From contig JBNRSN020000002.1 in NCBI GenBank assembly GCA_051313645.2, positions 402,690,001-402,754,000 of the forward strand: 64,000 nucleotides of DNA. The letters are read 5' to 3'. Below, one piece after another: positions 24,220 through 37,300 of this stretch. Below the pieces are notes generated by a model. That model was not told the DNA's origin and made no database searches. It saw only the letters and a list, made by a program, of their open reading frames with translations. The position numbers and the translations under genes were made by a program. The stretch comes from Centroscyllium fabricii. Its lineage: Eukaryota. The number at the start of each line of letters is the position of its first letter. Position 1 is the first letter of the stretch.

Positions 24220-25162
24220 CATAGAAACATAGAAACATAGAAGATAGGAGCAGGAGTAGGCCATTCGGCCCCTCGAGCCTGCTCTGCCATTCAGTGAGAT
24301 CATGGCTGATCATCCAAACTCAGTACCCTGTCCCTGCCTTCTCCCCGTATCCCTTGATCCCTCTAGCCTTAAGAAAAACATCCAGCTCCTTCTTGAATAT
24401 ATTCAATGAACTAGCCTCCACCGCCCTCTGTGGTAGAGAATTCCACAGGTTCACCACTCTCTGGGTGAAGAAATTCCTCCTCATCTCTGTCCTAAATGAG
24501 TTACCCCTTATCCTTAGACTATGACCCCTGGTTCTGGACTCTCCGACCATCGGGAACATTCTTCCTGCATCAAGTTTGTCCAGACCAGTTAGAATTTTAT
24601 ACGTTTCGATGAGATCCCCTCTCAATCTTCTAAACTCCAGAGAGTACAAACCCAGTCTACCCAGTCTCTCCTCATACGTCAATCCTGCCATCCCAGGTAT
24701 CAGCCTGGTGAATCTCCTCTGCACTCCCTCCATGGCAAGAACGTCCTTCCTTAGATAAGGAGACCAAAACTGCACACAGTACTCAAGGTGTGGTCTCACC
24801 AAGGCCCTGTACAACTGCAGCAAGACCTCCCTGTTCCTGTACTCGAACCCTTTCGCTATGAAGGCCAACATACCATTTGCTTTCTTAACCGCCAGCTGCA
24901 CCTGCATGCTCACCTTCAGTGACTGGTGCACCAGGACACCCAGGTCTTGTTGTACTTCCCCTTCTCCCAATCTATTGCCATTCAGATAATAGTCGGCATT
25001 TCTGTTTTTCCCCCCAAAGTGGATAACCTCGCATTTATCCACATTATACTGCATCTGCCATGTCTCAGCCCACTCGCCCAACCTGTCTAAATCATCCTGG
25101 AGCTTCCTGGTATCCTTCTCGCAGCACACACGCCCTCCCAGCTTTGTGTCATCTGCAAACAT
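24220..25162 (-). mobile_element. 5'-truncated CR1 LINE with open RT C-terminal ORF (24320-25162, 280 aa)
   Basis: FADDTKL, LVRPHLEYCVQFWSP, RRLRGDLIETYKIL, WNSLP; 3' tail shared with the HE1-like SINEs, so it is the probable partner LINE. Confidence 0.92.
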
Positions 25163-25701
25163 CCTTTATGTCCCTATTTTCTTACCGAAAAACAGGAGCA
25201 ACCAGAACCAATTTCTCCTCCATTGTGTCAACTGGTTATCTATTTAGGTCAGTTAGCAGTCCAGATGATGAACTCCAGTTTAAAAGGCTATTTGTCTATT
25301 TGTGACACAATCGAATGTCCATTTTGTGGTCTAGGATAATGATACCTTAATTGGTTTTCAATGAATTACATATTGGAATGATAAATAATTTAAAATTATA
25401 AATGTAGAGACTTTAATAATACATATCTGTAAGTGTAATCATACAATAAAAAAGGTTACAATTGAAAGATTAGAGAAACCACTTTTATTTCTATCTGAAA
25501 TTAGATTGTAAAACAATATATTTGTAACACAGCACGGATGTTGAAGGATTTTTCTTATGTAGCCAATCTTGTGAGTACAATTACCAGACAAAAATGTACC
25601 TCAGCAATGCTATGTTAAGTGCTCCATTCCAAAGAGGTTATTGTAGTTTAAATAAGTGCCCAAGAAGGTAACGGAAACCTAAGTGGACTGCATGTAACAA
25701 T

Positions 25702-26661
25702 GGGCCCTGTTTTCCTGTGCTCCAGAGGAGCTGCACACTCACGAAGGGGGGTCAGAAATGCCTCATGGGTGTGCAGCACGGGGGGGTGCCCACGAACGTC
25801 AATTTCCTGTGCTGATGGGCAAGGACTTTCAGCTTCCAACGCAGGAAGACCTTTGACTGCCGATTTCCTGTAAGAACTGGTCAAAATGCGTGTGTAATTA
25901 CGTGTGCAAGTCTCTCTCCAGCTGCCCATGTAGAAATCAGTCTTTGCTGGTGCTGTAGTGCGTTCAGAACGGGAGAAACACTCTGAAAAGCTTTAAAAGG
26001 TAAGTTTTTTGTTGATTCCTTTGGTGATGTGTGTGTGTGGTGTTTCAACTTTTATATTGAAGTGTTTTTTGAGCTGTACTTCTGCCTTTTCTTTTTTTTA
26101 AAACGTTTTTGTAATAATTAAACTATCTGCTGCCTTCTCACTGTGTGTGTTGTTTGAACTGGTAAATTTGAGTGATTCGAAAGTTTTTTTTTAAATTAAA
26201 AAAAACGGGTTTTTAACTGTTTTGCAAAGGCTGCAAAACAGTTAAAAACCTGTTTTTTTTAAAACACTGGTTTTTGAATCCTAATCTAAAAATTAACTAG
26301 CTGTTAACAGTTAAATTTTTTTTCACACAAAACGATAAAAATTAAGCAATCATACTTACAGATCTTTTCAGCTGCTAGCGAGCCTTTCATTTCTACAAGA
26401 TTCTGTGCGTTCTGTGGGGGCGTGGTCAGAAAAAGCAGACCTCAGTGGGCGTGGCCTGGTCACAGCCCACGCACAAAGCACAACGCAGCAGGAGAAGCCA
26501 GATGGCTGCACAGCCCACGAAGACGGCAATTTTGACAGGAAATTGCCAGCAATTTTGACAGGAAATTGCCGGCAATTTTTTTTTTTTAATTACGTGCGCG
26601 TGCGCCGCAGGTGTACAGGAGCGCGCACCCGCAGCAAACGGACCACAGGAAAACAGGGCCC
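25702..26661. mobile_element. PIF/Harbinger MITE
   Basis: Perfect 18-bp TIR GGGCCCTGTTTTCCTGTG, 3-bp TSD AAT. Confidence 0.88.
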
Positions 26662-27131
26662 AATGTATTATGTTAATGCATTTTAATTTCCAGGATTTGG
26701 CCTTCAGTACATCACATACAGACAAAATACTGGCCTGTTCCATCTGATGATTGTTAAAGAAATATTGTTATCGGTTTTTATGGTTTGAAATTTTTATTCC
26801 AGTAAATAAAATAACTAATTATAATGCTGCAATAATAGCATTCTGAAATACTGATGAGTCATTTGATTTAGGAAGCATTTATCAGATTATTTGATTGTCA
26901 CAAGGTTGTGGGTTCATTTCACACTCAGAGGCTTGAGCATAACATTTTTTAGGCTGACACTCCAGTGCAGTGCAGTGAGGGAGTACCACTTGTCGGAGCT
27001 GCCGTCTTTTGGATGAGACATTAAACCGAGGGCCCATCTACTTTCTCAGGTGGATGTAAAATATCCTATGGCAGTATTTCAACGAAGAGCAGAGGGTTAT
27101 CCCTGGTTAGCTGGCCAATATTTATCCCTCA

Positions 27132-27394
27132 TATAACAACAAAAAACGCTGGAGAAACTCAGCAGGCCAGGCAGCATTGGTGGAGAGAGAAACAGAGTTA
27201 ACATTTCAGGTCAATGACCTTTCTTCAGAACTGGGCAAGCCAGGCGGGGGGATAGATTTTAAAGCTTGTGGGGGCTGGGGAAAGGGGGAGGGGGGGGGGG
27301 GCTGAAAGAACAAAGGAAAGATCAGCGACAGGCTAGAAGGCAGGGGAGATAAGAGATATTAGGAGAAATTCAAGGAACACAGGATGGCTCTGTT
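27132..27394 (-). mobile_element. Penelope-like element fragment (second family)
   Basis: 13-bp direct repeat TATTTATCCCTCA on both sides; GCTGGAGAAACTCAGCAGG motif; hammerhead motif. Confidence 0.75.
27196..27232 (-). ncRNA. Minimal type I hammerhead ribozyme motif
   Basis: Minus strand AGTT-CTGAAGA-A-AGGTC-att-GACCT-GAAA-TG-TT-AACT: stem I AGTT/AACT, stem II AGGTC/GACCT; stem III CG probably mutated to TG. Confidence 0.7.
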
Positions 27395-27667
27395 TATTTA
27401 TCCCTCAATGAATATTGCTAAAACAGATTATCTGGTCATTATCACATGCTGTTTGTGGGAGCTTGCTGTGCACAAATTGGCTGCCGCATTTCTTACATTC
27501 CAAAGTGACTACACTTCAAAAGTACTTCATTGGCTGTAAAACGCTTTGGGACATCCTGAAGTCATGAAGGCATTATATAAATGTAAGTCTTTCTCTCTTT
27601 TTGATTTTGAAGCTAGTTACCCTGAAAAAATAAATACTTGAAGTGTTTAAATATACAATAAGACTAT

Positions 27668-27852
27668 GGGGTAGATTTCTGTCTTCAACTTCTGGGTGGT
27701 AATCTGGCAGAGTGAATTGCCCACCCATTATAGAACCTGATTGGTTTTCAATCTATTGATTTCAACGGAATGGAAATTGGGTGAGTTCTACAATGGGCAG
27801 GTGATTCATCTGCCAGATTGCCACCTAGGCGATGAATCCAAATATTGACCCC
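27668..27852. mobile_element. Short palindromic MITE
   Basis: GGGGTAGATTT / AATATTGACCCC ends and long internal inverted arms (AATCTGGCAGA...TCTGCCAGATT). Confidence 0.55.
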
Positions 27853-28094
27853 ATGATCATTAAAACCGTACAAAAACATTGGTCATGATGTCACCGGCAG
27901 GTCTCGACCCCGTTGCTGGCTCCATTCCGCTCTGTGAAATAAATTTACCTTGACTGGGCATGCTCAGTGTGTTTCCCAGCCAATTAGAGGAAGCAGGTCT
28001 GGTGATGTCATTTGATGACGTGCCATCAGCCGGTTTCCTTAAAGGGACCATGTCCAAATTTATTTTGACATTTGTGCTGTCAGTGTTCAACAGC

Positions 28095-31060
28095 ATTGAG
28101 ATGCTGCAGGTATTGACAGTCACTGCTCAGAGGTACAGGGCTGCATCCAGGCTCATCCATGACTTCTGCCATAAGTCACAGCATGCAGGGAGGTCCCCTT
28201 CCTTCCCCATGGGTGGATGAGACATTTCCCAGGAGATCAACACTGCCTGGTTGCACATTGCAAAGGAAGGCACAAGCATGGATGTGGTCAGGAGCACCTG
28301 GGTGAAGTGCCACAAATGTGGCAGTAGATCATGAAACATTAGTACAAAGCCACACTCAACCTCATCCTGCTGTGCCTCTCAATACATCACATTACTCTGC
28401 CTTCCCTACCCTGCTCCTGAACATCCTTACTCACACCAACTTACGTTAGACTTCCACCCATCCCTCTCTATCTATATTATCACATCCCAATCTCACTAGC
28501 CACCCCTCACACTCACCCTCATCCTAGTGCAATCATACCAACTAACAACACACAAGGGTAGGCACCTGGACGTTTTATGCAATGTTCATGAAAAGTTTCT
28601 GTTAATGTGGTGTTGTCGGAAGCTGCAGATTACGAGCTAAAGAATCGAGGTCCACACAGAGGAACAGTAACAAACAGATCTTCACTCTACAAAGTCGTCG
28701 AAGACACTGGCTGTACAATCCTGCGCCCAACGTGATGATGTCATCACGTGTCATCACGTGGGTCCGTGTTTCCCATGCTCTTAAAGGGGACACGACCCAT
28801 ACATAAGAAAGATACATTGACAGTTACATTTGTGCCTAACACCCTGGTTGAATGTCCGAAGGGTGTTAGGAGTTTGTTACAGAGAATTATGTACATGAGT
28901 ATTATATACAGTTATATGCAATGGATGGTGGACCTGCCACAGTGTCAAACATTGCAACCTTTATTTTCAACACTTTGCATTCTTGGACAGATTTGTGTGC
29001 TCCTTTGGAAGTGGCTTTGTGAGATGCAATGAATGGTGAGAAATAATGGTACCCCCCGCAATGGTCATGAATGTGAAAGGAATGGCTTGGGCATTGTGGG
29101 GATGCTTTATGGTGATGATGTGTGGTGGTGCCAACCTGGTGCATCATGATAGCCCACAATAAGAGGGAGAGAGTGAACACAGGAGGAGGCACACCGTCCC
29201 TTGCGACATTGACAAGTGCTGAGGAGGCTGCCCATGAGATCGTGGGAGGTGGCGAGGAGCTGGATGTGGGGGACGGAGAGATGGGCGCACTAGACGAAGC
29301 TGATGACAGAATAGATTTTCAACCCTCGCATTTAGATTTCATGATTTACTGCAGTGGTGTATGATGTTCATACAGATTGACTTTGGATCATCTGCACAAT
29401 AGAATGTGTCTGCTACCTAAAAATTAGATGTCTAACTCTGACCATTACTCTCCCACAGGGCCATTGGATGCCCCCCTCCCCACTGTCCAGGAGGAAGAGC
29501 CAGACGACTCCTCAGAGGAACCTGCAGCCTCTGAGGGAGCAGCATCACCAGGACTCAGTGCACCCAGCCCCAGCACAGAAATGCAGACCCTGGCGGGGCC
29601 TTTGCGACATAGAGTAGTATTGTCACCTGGTGTATCACAGCTCACAAGTGAGCATCAGCAGATAGTGGAGACAGCAACAGCAGTGGAGAATCCTCGTTGG
29701 AGGTCACAGGATGCTCCTAGCTCTGGTCATGTAAATGCTGTGCCTCTGGGGCCATCCAAAAACAAAGCGGTGCTGGAACTCCAGGAACAAGTGCAGGAGT
29801 CTCTGGCAGGGTTTGCATCCAGGGTAACTGCGAGTGTGCAGAGAATGGAAAAGTTCATCTCCACCATGAGCACTGACTTTCTGGAGGCAATGGCACATGA
29901 ACATGCTGCCATGGAAGGGTGGCAACCTCCTTGGAGGACATAAGTGGTCAGATACACGAGAACATGGTGACTCTTCCAAATAGATGGTCTGTTATGGAGG
30001 ATAGATGGGCATCTCTTGAGGAGAGACAACACAGGTACATAGAAACATAAAATATAGGAGCAGGAGTAGGCTATTTGGCCCCTCGAGCCTGCTCCGCCAT
30101 TCAATGCGATCATGGCTGATCATTCAATTTCAGTACTCTGTCCCTGCTTTCTCCCCATATCCCTTGATCCCTTTAGCCTTAAGAAATATATCCAACTCTT
30201 TCTTGAATATATTTAATGAATTGGCCTCTACTCCCTTCTGTGGTAGAGAATTCCACAGGTTCACCACTCTCTGGGTGAAGAAATTCCTTCTCATCTCTGT
30301 CCTAATTGGCTTACCCCTTATCCTTAGACTGTAACCCTTGGTTCTGGACTCCCCGACCATCGGAAACATTCTTCCTGCATCTAGTCTGTCCAGTCCTGTT
30401 AGAATTTTTAAGTTTCAATGAGATCTCCTCTCATTCTTCTAAACTCCAGCGAGTACAAGCCCAATTGACCCAATGTCTCCTCATACATCATTCCTGCCAT
30501 CCCAGGTATCAGCCTGGTGAATCTTCGCTGCACTCCTTCCATGGCAAGAACATCCTTCCTTAGATAAGGCGACCAAAACTGTATGCAGTACTCAAGATGT
30601 GGTCTCACCAAGGTCCTGTACAACTGCAGCAAGTACGTGGAAGTCCCCATTATGAGGATTGTCAGTACTGAGATGGATCCTTAGGCCCCGCTGTTGTGCA
30701 GCAAGATGCTCTCCAGCCACTTGCTAGCACTGAAGTGTGGGTGACAGATGAGAGGGATGATGGTGGCAGACAACAAGGAAGTGTGGGCTCCTCTCTAAGT
30801 GCTCACAGGACCATGCCACTGCAGAGCCCTCGGTCAGAGCCCCGGTGTCCTCACCCAACTGAGATGGCTGTCTCAGCCCCTGCACAGCCGCAGGAAGAGC
30901 AGACTGTTGCAGAGCTCTCCCAGGCTTGCAAATCCAGAGGACACCTGCCAAAGATGTCTAAGCAGGCGCAGCATCAAATGGAGCAAGGTGCCTCTACATC
31001 TGCTGAAGCCACAGGGGAAGCACCACGTAGAAGCACGTGTAAGAGGAACACACAAATAAT
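28095..31060 (+). pseudogene. Harbinger Myb/SANT-like DNA-binding protein gene, decayed, multi-exon
   Basis: WLHIA...RSTWVKCHK near 28245-28320; HNKRERVNTGGG...LTSAEE near 29150-29230; acceptor CTCCCACAG at about 29458 before a low-complexity last exon. Confidence 0.6.
30038..30633 (-). mobile_element. 5'-truncated CR1 LINE
   Basis: Homologous to 24220-24825, with one frameshift. Confidence 0.88.
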
Positions 31061-31309
31061 CACAAGGGTAGTCACTTGGGTGTTTTGTTCTGTTGTATAT
31101 TTGCCATTGTCATCCTTTTGAGATTTTATTAAACAAAAGTGATGGCGAACAGGTATAGTTCTGGCCTATGTGCTGTGGGAAATGGAAGTTGCATTTTTAG
31201 GGTTCAGGGATACTTGCATTTGTAATGATGATGCTGAGAGTGATAGGAAAGCACCATTTGTTGGAGAGATGATGTTTGGCATTTTAAGAAGGTCATCTAC
31301 ACATTCATA

Positions 31310-32530
31310 GCCATATGCTAGGCACCTGTGTTTGAAGCGTATGCTTACGAGAACCTGGCATGGATGAGTGCATCCATTGCATGCCGGCCAGCAATATGCT
31401 TGAGTGCTGCTGCATTGGCCACATCCAGCCCTGCAAGGCGTGCTTCCTCCTCCTCAGTCTCCTCCTCCTCCTCATCCTCCTCCTTCTATTTGTCCTCCCC
31501 CTCTTCTTCCGAGGATGCTCTTGTTCCTCAGGGAGTGGTAAGACGCGCTGCTGTGCGATGTTGTGCAGGGCACAGCAGGCAATGATAATTCTGGACACCA
31601 TGGCTGGTGCATACTGCAGGGCTCCACCATATCTGTCAAGGCATCGGAATCACATTTTGAAATAGCCGAGGGTTTGCTCTGTGATGCTTCTGGTGGAAAA
31701 GTGGCTCACATTGTACCACTCCTCAACCTCATTTAATGGCCTTCTCATCAGTGTCATGAGCCATTTTCTCAAGGGATAGCCCTTGTCACCAAGTAGTCAC
31801 CTGGAAAGTTGGGCTGGCGGATTGAAGAGCTGAGGAAGAAGGAGTCACAGTAACTGCCAGGATACTTGGTCCTGTGGTTACACACCAGCTGTACGTTAAG
31901 GGAGTGGAAGCCCTTGCGGTTGACAAATACAGCTAACTTGTGATGGGTGCCGTAATAGCCACATGTGTGCAGTCTGTAATGCCCTGCAGCCTTGGGAAAC
32001 CAGCCATATTAGTAAAGCCAACTGCACATGAAGTTACACTTGCTTCATCAGTCACGAAGGGGGTGTAATTGTGCGCCATTGTAAAGAGGGCATCGGTAGC
32101 CTGCCTGTGCAGCCGACAAGGAGATGCTGCTAATGTCTGCAGATGATCCCTGGAAGGAGCTCGAAGCAAAGAAGTTGAGTGCGGTGCTGACTTTGACAGC
32201 CACTGGTGAGGAGTGCCCACCCGCTCCTCTGGGCTCCAGGTGTTGGTGCAGCATTGTGCAGGTGTCAGCGACTACCTCTCGCAGAAATCTCAGCCTCCTT
32301 TGGTACTGCTGTTCACTCATGTTGGGGAAGCTCATCCTCTACCTGTAAAGCCAGAGTTGGGGGTATCTCCTGCAGCGAGGTGCAGCCCTGCGCTGACGCC
32401 CTCTGCCCTGTGTATCAGGTGGCTGAGGAGAAGGTTGGAGCTCCTGCTGCTGGTGCTGATGCTGTGCCTAGTTGCACTGCTGCCACGGCTGCTCTTCCTC
32501 CAAATCTGAGGACCAGGATGAGAGGATATA
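31310..32530 (-). pseudogene. HARBI1-like DDE transposase, frameshifted
   Basis: [58 protein letters not shown]. Confidence 0.88.
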
Positions 32531-34338
32531 AATGCTTCCCATACCGCTGGTGTATATCTCAGTTGAGGAATGGAGGTTGTGTGTGCTCAGACAAAGCAGC
32601 CAGAGGGTATTCCAAGCAGGTCACACTGCAGATGGATTGCAGCCTCAACACTCACAAGATCAGTAGAGCTGCAAAATGTCTCCCAAACCTGAAAGCACTA
32701 AGTTGTGGCAGGTGAAAGAATGAGAGATTGCAGGACCGCTTTTAAACTGCTCGAGCAGCTGGCAACAATTCAGGTCCTCGCTCAGCCCGGCTCGATACAC
32801 CTGCCATGTTTTTATGAAGACGGGTAGCATGGTCAAAATCCTCCAAAATCAGGTCAGGCCTTTAAAATAGGTTTATCCAGGCAGCTAACAAGCTTGTTAC
32901 TGTCTTAACAACCTGTCCTGCCGTTTGGTGTCGGGTCAGTTCAGGAGTGGCTGACCCGACACTTGCCAAAGTCACATGGAGGCAGGATTGAGGCGGATTC
33001 GCAGCCTGACGTATCGTCAATACCTCAGATTAAAAGTCGACGAGTAGTTACCGAAACTAAAGGCTTTTAATCGCTAAAGAACGGAGCTACCCTCCGGAAC
33101 GAACTTCTGTACAGGAATGAGGAGCCTCGGTCAGTTTCCACCTATAAAGGGGCCTCACCTGGGGGAGGAGTTAGAGGTGTGGCTGACCTGGCTCCCAACA
33201 GTATTACACAGTATACAGGGCTGTGCCTTACATCCGCACAGCCCATTATTGGTACAATAATAACAGTGGTAAACAACTATACAAGGGTTACCACATTCAC
33301 CTCTTCTTGAAAATTTTAATTCCGGGGGGGGGAGGTGAATGGGCCGAACAGTTCATGATCAGTCTGTCCGGCGGTCGTGTCTGCCTGGAGGACCGCCGGC
33401 GTTCCGGTGTTGGTGGTGGTGCCTCCTGGTTCGTACCACTTGCATCTGCCGGTGGTGACTGCTGATCGGGTGCCGTGGCTTCTGGTGGCGATGGATCCGG
33501 CTGGTCCCCGCCGTCCGGGTCGTAGTTCTGTACTGGGAAGCTCAGGGGCCATCGTGTGTCTGGTGGGTTTACTGGGTACTGCAGCTGAACGGCCTGCTGG
33601 CCGGCCAGGGGCTCTGCGGTGGTGCTTCCTGTGGGAGCCAGGTCCCTGATGGACACGGTGTCCTCACGCCCGTCCGGGAACTGCACGAATGCGTAGTGGG
33701 GGTTCGCGTGTAGGAGCTGTACCTTGTCCACCAGGGAGTCCGTCTTGTGGCTCCGGACATGTCTTCTAAGCCAAACCGGCCCCGGAGTCGTCAGCCATGG
33801 AGGAAGAGCTGTCCCCGAAGTCGATTTCCTAGGGAAGGAGAAAATCAGATCATGCGGGGTGGCGTTAGTAGCGGTACACAATAGAGAGCGTATAGAGTGC
33901 AGCGCGTCTGGGAGGACTGCCTGCCAATGGAACACTGGAAGGCCTCTGGACTTGAGAGCCAGGGTGACCGCCTTCCAAATGATCCCATTCTCCCTTTCTA
34001 CCTGGCCGTTCCCCCGGGGGTTATAACTGGTCGTTCTGCTCGTGGCAACCCCTTTCTGGAGCAGAAACTGGCGCAGTTCATCGCTCATGAACGATGACCC
34101 CCGGTCGCTATGGATGTAGCTGGGGAGACCGAAAATGGCGAACAGCGTGGTGAAGTGTTTTATCACCGTTGCGCTCGTCATATCTGCGCAGGGGAAGGCG
34201 AAGGGGAAGCAGGAGAACTCATCCACTACTGTGAGGAAGTATGAGTTGCGGTCGGTGGAAGGGAGGGGGCCTTTGAAGTCCACGCTGAGATGTTCAAAGG
34301 GGCGGGTGGCCTTAATGAGGTGCGCCGTGTCTGGCCGG

Positions 34339-37300
34339 TGTAACCTTCAATTACGTTCTCGGAGTCGAGTAGTAGATTAGAACAATCAGGCTTTTATTCA
34401 CTACAGTTAGATTACACACCAGCAAGCTGACTGTCCCCTGGAATGGCATGGGGGATGGGGGCAGTCACTTATATACCTCCTCCAGCGGGGGAGGAGTCGT
34501 GGGCGGAGCCGGGTATGTTCCAGGTATCAACTCACAGTGGAATACAGTACAGGTATAGGTTACATGGTGATACATGGTGATTAGCTATATACAGTGATAT
34601 ACACGTTTATCACATTCACCCCTTCTTTAAAACGAAAGTACAGCGGGGTGAAAAAGGCTAAAAATACAAAAAAGATATATTACAAACAGGGTTCTTATGA
34701 CTACAGGTTTAGTCTATCAGGCGGTTTCGTTGTCCGCGTTGATCTTCGCACCGCTGGTGGTGCCTGTGGTGTTCGTGGTCGTGGAGCGGCTGGTTGTGTC
34801 AGTTGCTCCATTGATGCCGGTCGACTAGTGGTGGTTGTTGTATTATTTCTGGGTGGCAGTGGTGCCCTTATTCTGACAGCAGGGGGCGCGTTCTTTCCTT
34901 CATCCTCTGACTCTAGGGGGCGCGCGTTGTGGATCCAAGCTTGGGGCCCGGTCGTGCTGCTCGCAGGTGCCTTGTGGACATACTGGGGTACTGGGCCCAC
35001 GTGTCGGGGCGCGTACTTCGGCTTCGGCGGCATGGGGAGCGTCACAGGACGTTTTGGGTGCGCGGCCTGCTGGGCGGGGCTTCTTTGGAGCTCGGGCTGC
35101 CTGGCGGGGCTGGGTTTTGGGACTCCTGCTGGGGCTAGGTCCTTTATGGACACGGTGTCCTCCCTCCCGTCGGGGAACGCTATGTAAGCGTACTGGAGAT
35201 TGGCGTGCAGGAGGTGGGCCCATTCGACTAGGGGGTCTGCCTTGTGTCCCCTCACATGCTTCCGAAGCAGGACCGGTCCCGGAGATAGTAGCCACGATGG
35301 TAGTGAGGTCCCGGAAGCTGACTTCCTGGGGAAGGCAAAAAGTCTTTTGTGAGGGGTGGCATTGGTGGCAGTACACAGGAGGGACCGGATAGAGTGCAGT
35401 GCTTCAGGGAGAACGTCCTGCCATCGGGTGACTGGGAGGCCTTTAGACCGTAGGGCTAACTGGATGGCTTTCCAGACCATGGCGTTCTCCCTCTCTACCT
35501 GTCCGTTCCCCCGGGGGTTGTAGCTGGTAGTCCTGCTAGTCACGATGCCTTTCGCTAGCAGGAACTGGCGCAGCTCGTCGCTCATAAAAGAGGCCCCCCG
35601 GTCACTATGTATATAGTTGGGGTACCCGAACAGGGAGAAGATGCTACTGAGAGCCTTGGTGACGGTGGCGGAGGTCATGTCCTGGCAGGGGATGGCGAAG
35701 GGGAAGCGGGAGTACTCGTCGATGATGTTGAGGAAGTACACATTCCTATTGGATGAGGGAAGGGGCCCTTTGAAATCGACACTGAGTCGTTCAAAGGGGC
35801 GAGTGGCCTTGATCAAGTGCGCCCGGTCTGGCCGGTAAAAGTGCGGCTTGTACTCCGCGCAGACCTGGCAGTTGCTGGTCATGGTCTTGACCCCCTCGAT
35901 AGAGTAGGGGAGGTTGCGGGACTTCACAAAGTGAACCAACCTGGTGACCCCCGGGTGGCAGAGGTCATTGTGAAGGGTTTGGAGACGGTCAGCCTGTGCG
36001 CTGGCACAGGTACCGCGGGATAGGGCGTCTGGGGGTTCGTTAAATATCCCGGGCCGGTACAAGATATCATAATTGAACGCTGATAGTTCAATTCTCCACC
36101 TCAATATCTTGTCGTTCTTGATTTTACCCCGTTCCTTGTTATTAAACATGAATGCGACTGATCGTTGGTCAGTCAGTAGGGTAAAACGTTTGCCGGCCAG
36201 GTAGTGCTTCCAGTGCCGCACTGCTTCAACAATGGCCTGGGCCTCCTTTTCAACTGAGGAATGGCGGGTTTCGGGGCCTTGGAGGGTACGTGAAAAGAAG
36301 GCCACGGGTCTGCCCGCCTGGTTAAGGGTGGCGGCCAGGGCAAAGTCCGATGCATCGCTCTCTACCTGAAATGGGACGGACTCATCCACAGCGTGCATCG
36401 TGGCTTTGGCAATATCGTTTTTAATTCTGCAGAATGCCGAGTTGGCTTCTGCAGAAAGTGGAAAAGAGGTCGATTTGAGTAGTGGGCGAGCTTTGTCCGC
36501 ATAATTGGGGACCCACTGGGCATAATACGCGAAAAATCCCAAACACCGTTTAAGGGCTTTGGGGGAGTGGGGGAGGGGAAGCTCCATGAGGGGGCGCATG
36601 CGGTCCGGGTCTGGACCGATGACTCCATTCTCCACCACGCTGCCGAGGATGGCCAGGCGGGTGGTGCTAAACACACATTTCTCCTTATTGTATGTTAAGC
36701 TCAGGGTTTTGGCCGTGTGGAGAAATTTTTGGAGGTTGGCGTTATGGTCCTGCTGATCATGGCCGCAGATGGTCACATTATCAAGATACGGGAAAGTGGC
36801 TCGCAGCCCGTACCGATCAACCATTTGGTCCATCTCCCTCTGGAAGACCGAGACCCCATTCGTGATGCCAAACGGAACCCTAAGGAAGTGGTAGAGGCGA
36901 CCGTCAGCCTCGAAGGCTGTATAAGGACGGTCCTCTGGGCGGATGGGGAGAATGGTGATAAGCCGATTTTAGGTCAATCGGTGAGTACACTTTAAACTGG
37001 GCGATTTGGTTCACCATGTCCGCTATCCGGGGGAGGGTGTAGGCATCTAGTTAGGTTTATGGTCTGGCTGTAGTCCACCACCATCCTATTCTTCTCCCCG
37101 GTTTTCACTACTACTACCTGCGCTCTCCAAGGGCTATTACTGGCCTCTATGACCCCCTCTTTTAGGAGGCGCTGCACCTCAGATTTTATAAATACCATGT
37201 CCCCAGCACTGTAGCGCCTACTTTTGGTGGCGATGGGCTTACAGTCTGGGGTGAGGTTGGCAAAGAGAGATGGAGGGGCAACCTTAAGGGTTGAGAGGCC

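Larger units (their letters stand above)
26901..27597 (+). mobile_element. SacSINE1-like SINE interrupted by a Penelope-like insertion
   Basis: Homologous to 10085-10490; insertion at 27132-27394. Confidence 0.8.

Noticed and set aside
28611-28816. Possible solo LTR (TG...CA) within Harbinger 1
   Set aside because: No matching TSD and no second copy in the window, so it cannot be supported.
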